Part shown: piece after piece, positions 37,127 through 47,251 of the stretch
How the letters are laid out: each line of letters begins with the position of its first letter
How positions within the stretch are numbered: position 1 is the stretch's first letter
Assembly: GCA_016176465.1 (NCBI GenBank)
Contig: JACOXD010000010.1
Span: 71,497-135,496, forward strand
From: Candidatus Daviesbacteria bacterium
GTDB lineage: Bacteria; Patescibacteriota; Microgenomatia; Daviesbacterales; UBA10151
Length of the DNA: 64,000 nucleotides
Direction of reading: 5' to 3'
Notes under the pieces: generated by a model
Told to the model about the DNA's origin: nothing
The model's database searches: none
Seen by the model: only the letters and a program-made list of their open reading frames with translations
Made by a program: the position numbers and the translations under genes

Positions 37127-39121
37127 ATGGAATTTTTGTTTAACAATATTGACCTTCTTATTTGGGGAGCAGCAGGTGCTGCCATTTTATATGGAATAAT
37201 CCTCTCTGTATCCATACTTTCTCTACCCACTGGTACAGATAAAATGAGGGAAATTGCCTCAGCTATTCAAAAAGGAGCCGGCGCCTACCTTTTTCAGCAA
37301 TATAAAATTGTAGGTGTTGTAGCCTTAGTATTTTCTGTTTTAATTTACCAAGCTTTAGGTTTAAATAGCGCTTATGGATTTTTAATTGGTGCATTTTTTT
37401 CTGCTTTGGCTGGATTAATAGGCATGTCTGTGGCAGTTAGGGCAAATATTAGGTGTGCGGAGGCAGCTAATGATGGTTTGGGAAAAGCATTTGATGTAGC
37501 TTATAAAGGTGGAGCTGTTACCGGGTTTTTAGTGGTTGGTTTAGCTTTAGCTGCTGTATATGGATTTTATCAATATACCCATGATATTAAAGCGCTGATT
37601 TCTTTGGGTTTTGGTGGATCTTTAATCTCTGTTTTTGCCAGGTTAGGTGGGGGGATATATACAAAAGGTGCAGATGTGGGAACAGATATGGTAGGTAAAG
37701 TAGAAGCAGGTATTCCTGAGGATGATCCAAGAAATCCAGGAGTTATTGCAGATTTGGTTGGGGATAATGTTGGAGATGACGCAGGAATGGCAGCAGATGT
37801 TTTTGAAACATATGTTATAACTATAATTGCGGCAATTTTACTGGGTCAATTTTTAATTCCTGGGAACTCTCAAATAATTAATTTTCCGCTAGCTTTAATG
37901 GCAGTTGCTACCTTTGCATCTATTGTAGGAAGTTTTTTTGTTAAGTTATCCGGTAAAAAAATTATGGGTGCGCTTTATCAAGGGTTAATTGTCACCATGG
38001 TTTTAGCCACCATTTTGTTTTATTTTGTCACCAATAGCTTAATGGTTGATAATGGGGTCTATTCTCCATTAAATCTTTTTTTTGCTTCTTTAATTGGACT
38101 TATTGTGACAGCGGGAATGATGGTAATTACTGAATTTTATACCGGGACAAAATGGGGGCCAGTCAAATTTTTGGCTCAAGCTTCTAAAACTGGACATGGC
38201 ACAAATATTATTGCTGGTTTAGCGCTATCTATGCAATCCACTTTTGCTCCTATTCTATTAATAGCCGCTGCAACTTTGGTTGCATATTCTTTAGCAGGGT
38301 TATATGGAGTAGCAGTAGCTGCTTTAGGAATGCTTTCTTTAACAGGAATTGTAGTAGCAATTGATGCATTTGGGCCAATTACAGATAATGCCGGTGGAAT
38401 TGCCGAAATGTCAGGTATGTCGCCTAAAGTAAGAGCTGTAACTGATCCACTGGACGCTGTTGGAAATACTACCAAAGCAGTTACTAAATCTTATGCAATT
38501 GGCTCCGCAGGATTAGCAGCACTGGTATTATTTGCAGCATATGCAGAGGAGCTTGGTTCAAATTTAGTATTTAGTCTTTCAGACCCCAGAGTTATTATTG
38601 GGTTATTTATTGGTGGGGCAATGCCTTATCTTTTTGCTGCTTTTGCCATGGAAGCAGTAGGCAAAGCAGGGGCAGCTGTAGTTGAGGAAGTGAGAAGACA
38701 GTTTAAAAAGATTAAGGGAATTATGGAGGGTAGCGCCAAACCTGACTATGGAAGTGCTGTCTCTATTGTTACTGCTGCAGCCCAAAAACAGATGCTTGTT
38801 CCAGCTTTAATCCCAATTGCCATTCCCATTTTAGTTGGGTATTTACTTGGTCCACTAGCTTTGGGAGGATTATTAATTGGTACTATAGTTACAGGGTTAT
38901 TTGTAGCAATTTCTATGACCACAGGTGGAGCTGCTTGGGATAATGCAAAAAAATATATTGAGGCAGGGAATTTAGGGGGGAAGGGTAGTTTTGCTCACCA
39001 AGCAGCAGTTACAGGAGATACCGTTGGAGATCCATACAAAGATACAGCAGGTCCTGCTATTAATCCCATGATCAAGGTAGCAAATATAGTAGCATTACTC
39101 TTTGTGTCTTTTATCAAATAA
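37127..39121 (+). CDS. hppA: Membrane-bound proton- or sodium-translocating pyrophosphatase (H+-PPase, HppA).
   Basis: [55 protein letters not shown], the canonical PPase signature. About 16 TM helices. Confidence 0.9.
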   Translation: MEFLFNNIDLLIWGAAGAAILYGIILSVSILSLPTGTDKMREIASAIQKGAGAYLFQQYKIVGVVALVFSVLIYQALGLNSAYGFLIGAFFSALAGLIGMSVAVRANIRCAEAANDGLGKAFDVAYKGGAVTGFLVVGLALAAVYGFYQYTHDIKALISLGFGGSLISVFARLGGGIYTKGADVGTDMVGKVEAGIPEDDPRNPGVIADLVGDNVGDDAGMAADVFETYVITIIAAILLGQFLIPGNSQIINFPLALMAVATFASIVGSFFVKLSGKKIMGALYQGLIVTMVLATILFYFVTNSLMVDNGVYSPLNLFFASLIGLIVTAGMMVITEFYTGTKWGPVKFLAQASKTGHGTNIIAGLALSMQSTFAPILLIAAATLVAYSLAGLYGVAVAALGMLSLTGIVVAIDAFGPITDNAGGIAEMSGMSPKVRAVTDPLDAVGNTTKAVTKSYAIGSAGLAALVLFAAYAEELGSNLVFSLSDPRVIIGLFIGGAMPYLFAAFAMEAVGKAGAAVVEEVRRQFKKIKGIMEGSAKPDYGSAVSIVTAAAQKQMLVPALIPIAIPILVGYLLGPLALGGLLIGTIVTGLFVAISMTTGGAAWDNAKKYIEAGNLGGKGSFAHQAAVTGDTVGDPYKDTAGPAINPMIKVANIVALLFVSFIK

Positions 39122-39149
39122 CCACTTTACTATTTTATTCCTTGTTTAC

Positions 39150-39200
39150 GAACCTCCAATCCCGGTTTGGAAATGAACCTCCAATCCGGGATTGTAGGTT
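39150..39200. repeat. Two tandem REP-like hairpins, family 3 (GAACCTCCAATCCCGGTTTGG / GAACCTCCAATCCGGGATTGTAGGTTC), directly downstream of RAYT-3.
   Basis: Read from sequence. Palindromic core CCAATCCCGG(T/G)ATTG(G). Confidence 0.55.
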
Positions 39201-39847
39201 CATTCATAGTCAATAATAAGATGTTTAATTTGCTCTAGTGTTTTGCCATATTCCGCTTGATCCATAACAAATTGTTTGTAGTCCTCTGGTTTGGCAAAAA
39301 ATTTCAAAATCTCCTCTTTAGCCAAGGGATAAATATTATTACTATTTAAAAAAGAGTGATAAGAAGACCAGGTGTAAAAATCTAAATTTTTAACCAAAAA
39401 AGAAACTAACGGATTTAAGTGGATATATCTCGATAAATGGATTAGCTGTTCATCTGTTTCTACCCTAACAGCTTTAAACATACCTTGGAAAACTGGTCCT
39501 TGATGGTTATGTTTTAGGTTGTGGTATTTAGTGTAGCTATGGGTAAATCTTCTCATAAACTCTGATATTCCACCATCTTTTATTTGTTTAACCAGTAAAT
39601 GAAAATGATTAGGCATTAGACAAAAACATAAAATATCAACAATCTTTTTAGTTGTATCCATAGGAAATATTTTTGATTGCTTATAAAGAGATAATTTAGG
39701 TTTTGGATTTTGAATCTGATAATAAAAAAATGCCTGAATAAAACGTTTGTAATCTCTTTGGTCATTAAATATTATTTGCTTCTGTAGTCCCCTATTAAAA
39801 AGATGATAATATTCTCCATCTACAAAAGGAATAGTTCTATATGGCAT
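39200..39847 (-). CDS. Y1 (HuH) transposase, IS200/RAYT family, paralogue 3. The likely start is Met at 39847; the track ORF extends to 39883.
   Basis: MPYRTIPFVDGEYYHLFNRGLQKQIIF ... CFCLMPNHFHLLVKQ ... HLSRYIHLNP. The N-terminus aligns with MPAKNS... and MPSRII... of the paralogues. Confidence 0.8.
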   Translation of the reverse strand: MPYRTIPFVDGEYYHLFNRGLQKQIIFNDQRDYKRFIQAFFYYQIQNPKPKLSLYKQSKIFPMDTTKKIVDILCFCLMPNHFHLLVKQIKDGGISEFMRRFTHSYTKYHNLKHNHQGPVFQGMFKAVRVETDEQLIHLSRYIHLNPLVSFLVKNLDFYTWSSYHSFLNSNNIYPLAKEEILKFFAKPEDYKQFVMDQAEYGKTLEQIKHLIIDYE

Positions 39848-39861
39848 AAACTTCAATTTAA

Positions 39862-39910
39862 CTTTCCAATCCCGGTTTGTCAATATGTTTCCAATCCGGG
39901 ATTGTTATGC
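39862..39910. repeat. Two REP-like hairpins, family 3, upstream of RAYT-3 (TTCCAATCCCGGTTTG ... TTTCCAATCCGGGATTGTTA).
   Basis: Read from sequence; mirrors the pair at 39150-39200. Confidence 0.5.
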
Positions 39911-39977
39911 CGTTGCAATCACTAAAAATTACTTGGTTGCAGCCAAACCCTTCTACTCCTATAATCTTAAGATTACA

Positions 39978-40718
39978 ATGTCTCATCAAAATGAATCAGT
40001 GAAAGAAAATCCTGTGGTTGAGAAAGGAAGGCGGCGAGTTTTATCTATATTTCATCCCGGAGTTGGTCAGCGACAATTTACAATACCTGGATTAACGCCT
40101 CACTTAAAAGGTCTGCAAGGAAAAGTTATAGAGCATAGCAATATTTTTAGAGTTAATAGATTACTTGAAAAAGCTTTTCCTGAGCTGGTAGATACCCAAT
40201 CAAGAGTTACCAGGGGTCCCCTAAACTATGATTTCTCAAAAATAAGAACTCATCAAAGGAGAATAGAAAGACTTAAGAGGGAGCTGGAAAAAGACAAAAA
40301 AGTGGTTAGTGTAATAAGCAGGACAGCTTTGTTTAGAGGACATTTAAAAAGGAAATTATCTGACGGGGAAATTGATGGAAGGGTGGTTTTAGGGGCGGGT
40401 GCTATATTATTTTCAATAGGAGTAGCTGCATACTACGAATGGAAAGCAAGGCAGGGGCAAGATTTAAAAAATATTTCTCAAGCAGTTAACGAGATAGACT
40501 TTACAGATTTTCACTCTACACTCCAACAAGTTCGAGGTAACTTAAGAAAAGTGATTCCTAGAATTAAAAGATGGGAGAAAAAAATAGAAGAAATCTGGCA
40601 TAGATCCAAGACCACTTTATCAGTTGAGACATTTATTGATAAACATGGAAGACCACCTGATAAACCTTCAGATTTACTTTTAAACGCAGTTAAGCCTAAA
40701 GATAAGCAGTCTATTTAA
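39978..40718 (+). CDS. Hypothetical protein with one central TM helix, GC-rich ORFan. The likely start is ATG 39978; the track ORF starts at 39885 inside the REP hairpins.
   Basis: About 47% GC, Arg/Lys-rich, one TM segment (VVLGAGAILFSIGVAAYY). No family recognised. Confidence 0.35.
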   Translation: MSHQNESVKENPVVEKGRRRVLSIFHPGVGQRQFTIPGLTPHLKGLQGKVIEHSNIFRVNRLLEKAFPELVDTQSRVTRGPLNYDFSKIRTHQRRIERLKRELEKDKKVVSVISRTALFRGHLKRKLSDGEIDGRVVLGAGAILFSIGVAAYYEWKARQGQDLKNISQAVNEIDFTDFHSTLQQVRGNLRKVIPRIKRWEKKIEEIWHRSKTTLSVETFIDKHGRPPDKPSDLLLNAVKPKDKQSI

Positions 40719-42633
40719 ATCCTAAATAATCTAGCAATGCTTTAAATCTGAGTGTATGGGGTTCTCCTATTTTTAAAATAGTTTTAAACACTTTAGTAAG
40801 CCTATCTGATTCAACCATAGGTTTACCTTCCTTTCCAAAAACTTGTGCTTGATGTAAATTTAAAATGGAATTAATTAATCCTAAATGAGTAAAAGCTTGG
40901 GGGAAATTTCCCAAATGTTCTTTAGTAAAGGGATCTAGCTCTTCTGCATATAAACCAAGTGGTGTACTATCATGAGTTATTTTATTAAGCCAAACTTTTG
41001 CCTCATCAACTCGTCCAAGTAGCGATAAGTTATCTATCAACCAAAAAGTGGACAAGAAAAATGCGCCCTCACCCTTTTTTAGCTTATCTTTTTCATTAGA
41101 GGTTCTTAATACAAACCAATCAATCACCAATTTTTGCATTACTTGGTTTAGTGTTGATAAAACTTTAGGATCGCTGGCGGGTAAAAACCCAACAATTGGA
41201 ATGTTTAAACAACTAGCATCTATTATTTCGCTATCATAAGTATCAACAAAAGCATTAATTTTTTTATTAAATCCATTCTCCAAAATATCTTTTTTTATCT
41301 CCTCTTTAGTTTTTTCCCAGGATTTTATATCCGCAACAATACTTAGTTTTTTAGCAATTCTAATTCCTCTATCAACTCCTGCCCAGCACATCAACTTAGA
41401 ATAAGTGTGGTGTTTTTCCTCCCCTCTTCCCTCCCAAATACCGTCATCTTTTTCCTTCCAGTGAATAGCGCAATAGTTGACGAGTTTTTTAACAAAACCC
41501 TTCATTGCTTCGTTTAAATCTCCTCCCGCATTAATATATAAATCAATTGCCGTTAAAACTTCACCAAAAATATCAAATTGTTTTTGATGAGCTGCTCCAT
41601 TTCCTAACCTAACAGGTTTCGAATTTTTATAACCGCTTAAATTGGAAAGTTCTATCTCCTCAAATTTTTCATCACCATGTAATCCATACATAATGGAGGG
41701 GGGCGCATCTTTTTTAAGACAAACTTTTTCCAACCATTCAATAAACCTTTCTGCTTCTTTTACATATCCCAGGCCCAAAAAAGCATAAACAGTAAATGAG
41801 GCATCTCTTAGCCAACTGTAGCGATAATCCCAATTAAATTTACCACCAATTTTTTCAGGGAGTGAGGTAGTAGGTGCTGCTACAATCGCTCCAGTTGATT
41901 CAAAAAATAAAAGCTTTAAAGTTAGTGCAGATCTTTGAATTATTTCAAGGTAAGGACCCTCGTAACTACATTTTGATATCCACCACTGCCAATATGCTTC
42001 GGTCTCTTTATAAATTTTATGAAAATCATCCTTTGAATATTTAGGGATCTTATCTTCCTTTTGATAGATAGAAAATCCAAAGAAAATGTCTTGTTTTTCT
42101 TTAAGTTTAAAGTTTAAAGTTACTGTGTCGTTTTGAATTTTTGGTGGATAGAGAGTATAAAGAACAAGTCTATAAAGTGCATCTTCAAAAAAAACTGCGC
42201 CCCTTTTTATTTCAATTTTTGCTTTAGTTAAAACCCAATTGGGAGTCAGCTTTAAAGTTAAAACCATATCATGATCACCGCTAAGTGCCCTTACTTTTCT
42301 AACAATTTTTAGTCCAAACTTAGGGATATAATTTTTTTCATCCATCTCAATTGTTATTGGCATGAAATCAGTTACTACGACGTTACCTAGCTCATTAAAA
42401 AAGTAAGTTTTTAGAATGTTAGTATTACCTTTATATATTTGGTTTGTTTGATAACCTCCGTTTTTGGGTGCAATCTTAAAAAAGCCACCTTTTCTATCAT
42501 CCAAAATCGAACAAAAATAGGCAGCAGAGTCAAAATTTGGCAAGCAACAAAAATCAATTGATCCATCATCAGAAATTAGCGCGCTAGAGCGACAGTCTCC
42601 AATTATCCCGTAGCTACTAATAGGTTTATACAT
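40711..42633 (-). CDS. Glycoside hydrolase family 15 (glucoamylase / trehalase-like).
   Basis: N-terminal SYGIIGDCRSSALISDDGSIDFCCLPNFDSAAYF is typical of bacterial GH15 N-domains. The C-terminal (alpha/alpha)6 region has WEG/EE catalytic-region motifs. Confidence 0.7.
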   Translation of the reverse strand: MYKPISSYGIIGDCRSSALISDDGSIDFCCLPNFDSAAYFCSILDDRKGGFFKIAPKNGGYQTNQIYKGNTNILKTYFFNELGNVVVTDFMPITIEMDEKNYIPKFGLKIVRKVRALSGDHDMVLTLKLTPNWVLTKAKIEIKRGAVFFEDALYRLVLYTLYPPKIQNDTVTLNFKLKEKQDIFFGFSIYQKEDKIPKYSKDDFHKIYKETEAYWQWWISKCSYEGPYLEIIQRSALTLKLLFFESTGAIVAAPTTSLPEKIGGKFNWDYRYSWLRDASFTVYAFLGLGYVKEAERFIEWLEKVCLKKDAPPSIMYGLHGDEKFEEIELSNLSGYKNSKPVRLGNGAAHQKQFDIFGEVLTAIDLYINAGGDLNEAMKGFVKKLVNYCAIHWKEKDDGIWEGRGEEKHHTYSKLMCWAGVDRGIRIAKKLSIVADIKSWEKTKEEIKKDILENGFNKKINAFVDTYDSEIIDASCLNIPIVGFLPASDPKVLSTLNQVMQKLVIDWFVLRTSNEKDKLKKGEGAFFLSTFWLIDNLSLLGRVDEAKVWLNKITHDSTPLGLYAEELDPFTKEHLGNFPQAFTHLGLINSILNLHQAQVFGKEGKPMVESDRLTKVFKTILKIGEPHTLRFKALLDYLGFK

Positions 42634-42681
42634 AGCAGGGTAAATTTAGTATACAAAAAATTATGTTATACTGCTAAAGCT

Positions 42682-43545
42682 ATGAAGCTTGCTAACTTAA
42701 AAACCAAAATTTTCTTAGATGGGGGAGATCCTAAAGAAACAGCAGAAATAAAAAATTTACTTGGTTTTTTAGATGGCCAAACAACTAACCCTACTTTAAT
42801 TTCCAAAAACCCCGATGCTGCAAAACGGTTATCTAAAGGAGAAAAATTTTCCCCTGATGAAATTTTTGAATTTTATAAACAAGTTGTTAAAGAGATATCC
42901 AGGATTATTCCTGAGGGTTTTGTATCAATAGAAGTTTATGCAGATGCAAATACAAAACCTGCTGAAATGCTAAAGCAGGGAAAAGAAATGTTTAGATGGA
43001 TTCCAAATGCACATATAAAATATCCAACAACAAGCACGGGTTTAGAAGCAGCTGAAAAATCTGTTAAAGAAAATTTAAGGGTTAATATGACCTTGGTTTT
43101 TTCGGAGGAACAAGCTGCAGCGGTCTACTCTGCTACCAAAGGTGCCAAAAAAGGAGAAGTCTTTGTTTCACCTTTTGTAGGCAGGTTAGATGATAAGGGG
43201 GAAAACGGGATGACCTTAATAGAAAATATTTTAAAAATGTATAGTGAGGGAGATAATCACGTTGAAGTTTTAACTGCCTCTGTTAGGAATTTAGAACATT
43301 TTATATATGCTTTGCATTTGCAGTCAGATATTATTACAGCTCCTTATAAAATATTAAAACAGTGGGGAGAATCAGGAATGCCACTACCAGGAGATGATTT
43401 TGTTTATATGGTTGAAGGGCTAGAGGATATTCCTTATAAATATTTAGATCTAGAGAAAGATTGGAGAGATTTTGATATTAAACATGAGTTAACTGATATT
43501 GGAATTGAAAAGTTTTCTTCTGATTGGAATTCTCTAATTAAATAA
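42682..43545 (+). CDS. tal: Transaldolase.
   Basis: FLDGGDPKE ... TTNPTLI motifs; Lys-bearing class I aldolase fold. Confidence 0.8.
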   Translation: MKLANLKTKIFLDGGDPKETAEIKNLLGFLDGQTTNPTLISKNPDAAKRLSKGEKFSPDEIFEFYKQVVKEISRIIPEGFVSIEVYADANTKPAEMLKQGKEMFRWIPNAHIKYPTTSTGLEAAEKSVKENLRVNMTLVFSEEQAAAVYSATKGAKKGEVFVSPFVGRLDDKGENGMTLIENILKMYSEGDNHVEVLTASVRNLEHFIYALHLQSDIITAPYKILKQWGESGMPLPGDDFVYMVEGLEDIPYKYLDLEKDWRDFDIKHELTDIGIEKFSSDWNSLIK

Positions 43546-43577
43546 TCTTGACTTCTTAAAATTTAGTCCTATAATCC

Positions 43578-44033
43578 TTGCTTAATATGAGTGCTGAAAG
43601 AAACGGGCCAAGGTGGATAAACTATAGAACCTTTATCCGTGAGGTAGTAATTGATCAAAGAAGAGCTCTAGAACTAGCATTACAAGTAGCTAGTGGAGAG
43701 CTGCAGGTTAGAAGACCTCAGGAGGCGGACTGGAATGAGATTGCAAAGTTAGTAGAAAGAGGGGACTTAAATAGTTACCACCAATGGGCATTACTCATTG
43801 GTCACGTACCCTGGATTAGAAGAACACTAAAAAATGATCCAGGTCAAGCAGTCAGAATGTTTGTAAGCACTGAGAAGATGCTTTTTGGAAAATCTCCTTT
43901 TAGCACAATGGATTATCGACCAAGATTTGTAACCACTTCCATAGGTGGGTTAGCAGAGCAGTTTGCCTCTAATCCCGCACTTTCCCGTTTAATGAGAATA
44001 GTTAGTGATACACCAATAGAGTTATTCCAATAA
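43578..44033 (+). CDS. Hypothetical 151-aa protein, strongly GC-rich (about 55%) ORFan inserted in the pentose-phosphate cluster.
   Basis: Arg-rich, no motifs recognised. Because the region is GC-rich, the ORF call itself is less certain. Confidence 0.3.
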   Translation: MLNMSAERNGPRWINYRTFIREVVIDQRRALELALQVASGELQVRRPQEADWNEIAKLVERGDLNSYHQWALLIGHVPWIRRTLKNDPGQAVRMFVSTEKMLFGKSPFSTMDYRPRFVTTSIGGLAEQFASNPALSRLMRIVSDTPIELFQ

Positions 44034-44075
44034 ATCTTTATTTACACTCACAACTTTTTTCGCTATATTGATTCT

Positions 44076-45020
44076 ATGAAAATTGGATATATTGGTTTGG
44101 GGAAAATGGGGAAAAATATGGTTTTAAACCTTTTGGAAAAAGGCATCAAAGTTGTGGCTTGGAATAGATCTCCTGAGCCTCTGGACGAAGTTGTTAAAGC
44201 TGGTGCAATAAAAGCAAAGAGTATTGAAGATTTGGTAGTGAACTTAGATTCTTCTGGTCCACTGGACCATCAGAATGACAGACATGGGCGAATTATTTGG
44301 TTAATGTTAACAGCAGGGGAGGTGGTTGACGAATATTTGGATAAACTTATCAAATTACTTGATAAAGGAGATTTAATAATTGATGGTGGAAACTCCTATT
44401 TTAAAGATACTCTAAGAAGAGGGGAAAATTTGAAAAAGTTAGGTATTAGATTTATGGATATTGGTACATCAGGCGGTCCTAGTGGTGCAAGAGAGGGTGC
44501 TTGTTTAATGATAGGCGGGGATAAAAAAGATTTTCAAGAAATTTTACCCTTAGTAAAAGCAGCATCTGCCAAGGATGCATATGGACATTTTGGGAAAGTA
44601 GGAGCAGGGCATTTTGTAAAAATGGTTCACAATGGGATTGAATATGGGATGATGGAATCTATTGCAGAGGGTGCCGCAATTTTAGAGAATTCTCAGTTTA
44701 ATTTAGATCTAAGGGAAGTTTTTAGAGTTTACAATAGCCGCTCAGTGGTTGAGTCAAGACTAGTTGGTTGGTTACTGGATGCTTTTAGAGATGATCCAAA
44801 ATTAAAAGATATTTCATCAGAAATTCACTCAACTGGCGAGGGGGAATGGACAATTAAAACTGCTAAAGAGATGGGAATAGATATTCCAGTAATAGAGGAT
44901 TCATTTAAAGTTAGGAAAAATTCAAGCAAAGATAAGGAAAATTCACCCACTGGATTTCGCAACAAGTCAGTCTCAGCCATGCGTGGAAAATTTGGCCAAC
45001 ATTCTGTAAAAAAATCTTAA
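44076..45020 (+). CDS. gnd: 6-phosphogluconate dehydrogenase, short-form (YqeC/Gnd-like, decarboxylating).
   Basis: N-terminal MKIGYIGLGKMGKNMVLNL NAD(P)-binding fingerprint; about 300 aa short-form architecture. Confidence 0.75.
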   Translation: MKIGYIGLGKMGKNMVLNLLEKGIKVVAWNRSPEPLDEVVKAGAIKAKSIEDLVVNLDSSGPLDHQNDRHGRIIWLMLTAGEVVDEYLDKLIKLLDKGDLIIDGGNSYFKDTLRRGENLKKLGIRFMDIGTSGGPSGAREGACLMIGGDKKDFQEILPLVKAASAKDAYGHFGKVGAGHFVKMVHNGIEYGMMESIAEGAAILENSQFNLDLREVFRVYNSRSVVESRLVGWLLDAFRDDPKLKDISSEIHSTGEGEWTIKTAKEMGIDIPVIEDSFKVRKNSSKDKENSPTGFRNKSVSAMRGKFGQHSVKKS

Positions 45021-45117
45021 ATAAATCCTTGCAAAAAATATTATAAGTTTGGTATCCTAGCATAGGAATTTTTCTCCTTAAAACTGTCTCTTAAGGACTC
45101 TGCCTAAAATCCCAATA

Positions 45118-45146
45118 TGTCAAGCTATTCCACCTCCGGTGTGGAT
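45118..45146. repeat. REP-like hairpin, family 3b (TGTCAAGCTATTCCACCTCCGGTGTGGAT).
   Basis: Shares the TGTCAAGCTA(A)TTCCA prefix with the family-3 copy at 47134 and the hairpin core with 62545. Confidence 0.45.
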
Positions 45147-45236
45147 ATCTATATCTTTATCTATCATGTTGTTTTTTATACCTGTTGTATATTATTATCT
45201 TTTTCATTAAGAACACAAAATAAGGAGGTGATTTAA

Positions 45237-45620
45237 ATGTTTAAAGGAATTGAAGCAATTTTAATTGGTAGTGAGAATGCAACAAACTTAGCTAACTTTT
45301 ATAGAGATAAAGTTGGATTGGAAATTAAATTTGAGGCAGAGATGGGGGAAGAGGATAGCCCAACTAATATGTATGAGATGGGAACTGGTGGAGTGAGTAT
45401 TTATATAATGGATCACAAAGATGTGAAGGGTAAATCTAGCAATCCACAAAGGGTAATGTTTAATCTAGAGGTAGATGAAATTGAAAAGAATGTTAAAGAG
45501 TTAGAAGATAGGGGAGTTAAAAAAGTGCAAGATATATATCATGTAGAAAATTATGGATATATCGCTACTTTTGAGGATCTAGATGGAAATTATTTCCAAT
45601 TAGTTAAGACTAAAGAGTAA
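45237..45620 (+). CDS. VOC / glyoxalase-bleomycin-resistance family protein.
   Basis: Two beta-alpha-beta-beta-beta modules of about 60 aa. Strong AAGGAGGTG RBS. Confidence 0.55.
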   Translation: MFKGIEAILIGSENATNLANFYRDKVGLEIKFEAEMGEEDSPTNMYEMGTGGVSIYIMDHKDVKGKSSNPQRVMFNLEVDEIEKNVKELEDRGVKKVQDIYHVENYGYIATFEDLDGNYFQLVKTKE

Positions 45621-45624
45621 AATA

Positions 45625-47076
45625 CTAGATAGCGCAAAAATCCATGGAGGGTTCAAGCCAATATCGTCCATTTTTTTGGATAAACTGATCCGCTTCCTTG
45701 GGCCCCCAACTGCCGGGATTGTAACTATGTACTTTAGTTTTACTTTTTGCTAATGGATCAATGAATTTCCACTCAGATTCCACCTCTTCTACATTATTAA
45801 AGAATGTTTGATCCCCCTTTATAGCATCAAAAATTAAGCGCTCATATGGGTCTGGAAAATAGTGAGAATCAGAGCCTAGCCTATAACAAAATTGCATATA
45901 AGTGGGATCAAGTTCCCACCTATGGCCAGGCTTTTTAACTAAAATTTTTAAAACAATTCCTTCGTTGGGTTGAATTCTAAAAATTAAGACATTTGGTTCA
46001 GTTCCACTCCTTAGGTGTTTAAACAACCTATTGTGGGGTGTCTTAAAAATAATTGAAATTTCAGTGACAGTTTGGGAAAGTTTTTTCCCTCCCCTTACAT
46101 ATATTGGAACCCCTTTAAATCTTGCATTTTTAATCATTGTTTTAAAAGCAAAAAAAGTATCAGTTGAAGAATTTGGATTTACACTTTCTTCTTTCAAATA
46201 TCCATCATATTGTCCTAAAACTAAATTTTTAGGGTCAACTTCTAAATTTTCTAAAATCTTAACTCTCTCTTTAGTTAGTGCTGCATCAGAATAATCTGTT
46301 GGTGCATCCATGGTGGCAAAAGCCAACATTTGTAAAAGGTGATTTTGACCAACGTCTTTAAGTGCACCAACGCTATCGTAATAACCTCCTCTTTTACCAA
46401 TTCCAAAATCTTCAGTAGCAGTAATTTGGATGTGATCAACGTGATCTTTATTAAGTAAGGGCTCAAATATTCCATTACCAAATCTAAAAGCTAAAATATT
46501 TTGCAAAGTCTCTTTTCCAAGATAATGGTCCAGTCTATAAATTTGATCTTCTCTAAAATACGAAAGTAATAATTTATTTAAATCTTTAGCTGATTTAAGG
46601 TCATTGCCAATTGGTTTTTCTATCATTAATCTAACCCAGCCGTTTTTTTGCTCATTTAATTTTTCACTTTGCAAATTTTGAAAAATCTGATCATATAAAT
46701 CAGGATAAGTTGCTAAGTAGAAAATTCTGTTACCTAATTTCTTATTTTCAGAGTCTAATTGGCTTAAAAATTGACTTAATTTTTTGTAAAGATTGCGATC
46801 AATAAGATTTCCATTTAGATAATGCATTCTGGTAAAAAGTTTTTCAAAAACTTCATCTTTAATAGCATGTTGGTGATGTCTATTTTCAGAGGTTAATACT
46901 TTTTTAATATATTCTCTAAATTCCTCTTTACTTTGGGGTGAGCGGGCAATACCTATTATTGAAGTTTCTTTAGGGAGTAAGTTTTTTTCCTCGATGTCAT
47001 AGAGTGCAGGAATTAATTTTATTTGGGCTAAATTTCCGGTTATCCCAAATATTATTAAAGTAAAAGAATCCATCAA
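45625..47076 (-). CDS. zwf: Glucose-6-phosphate 1-dehydrogenase.
   Basis: IFGITGNLA (the GxxGDLA NADP motif), RLDHYLGKETLQN (active-site DHYLGKE), EKPIGNDL. Confidence 0.85.
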   Translation of the reverse strand: MMDSFTLIIFGITGNLAQIKLIPALYDIEEKNLLPKETSIIGIARSPQSKEEFREYIKKVLTSENRHHQHAIKDEVFEKLFTRMHYLNGNLIDRNLYKKLSQFLSQLDSENKKLGNRIFYLATYPDLYDQIFQNLQSEKLNEQKNGWVRLMIEKPIGNDLKSAKDLNKLLLSYFREDQIYRLDHYLGKETLQNILAFRFGNGIFEPLLNKDHVDHIQITATEDFGIGKRGGYYDSVGALKDVGQNHLLQMLAFATMDAPTDYSDAALTKERVKILENLEVDPKNLVLGQYDGYLKEESVNPNSSTDTFFAFKTMIKNARFKGVPIYVRGGKKLSQTVTEISIIFKTPHNRLFKHLRSGTEPNVLIFRIQPNEGIVLKILVKKPGHRWELDPTYMQFCYRLGSDSHYFPDPYERLIFDAIKGDQTFFNNVEEVESEWKFIDPLAKSKTKVHSYNPGSWGPKEADQFIQKNGRYWLEPSMDFCAI

Positions 47077-47133
47077 GAGATTAGGATATAGAATAATGAA
47101 TTAAGAATCAAGAGAAATATTTAGATCCCGATG

Positions 47134-47169
47134 TGTCAAGCTAATTCCAATCCGGGATTGTAAGTTCAT
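47134..47169. repeat. REP-like hairpin, family 3, solo copy (TGTCAAGCTAATTCCAATCCGGGATTGTAAGTTCAT).
   Basis: Read from sequence. Confidence 0.5.
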
Positions 47170-47251
47170 ACCTTTGAAATTAGAGTAATTCCTGTGGAAG
47201 CAGTTAAATATTGATTTAGGAAATTATTTTTGTTAGGCTAACTAAGCAGTT

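Noticed and set aside
37000-37230. 76-aa minus-strand ORF overlapping the H+-PPase start
   Set aside because: It overlaps the promoter and 5' end of a strongly supported gene. Spurious.
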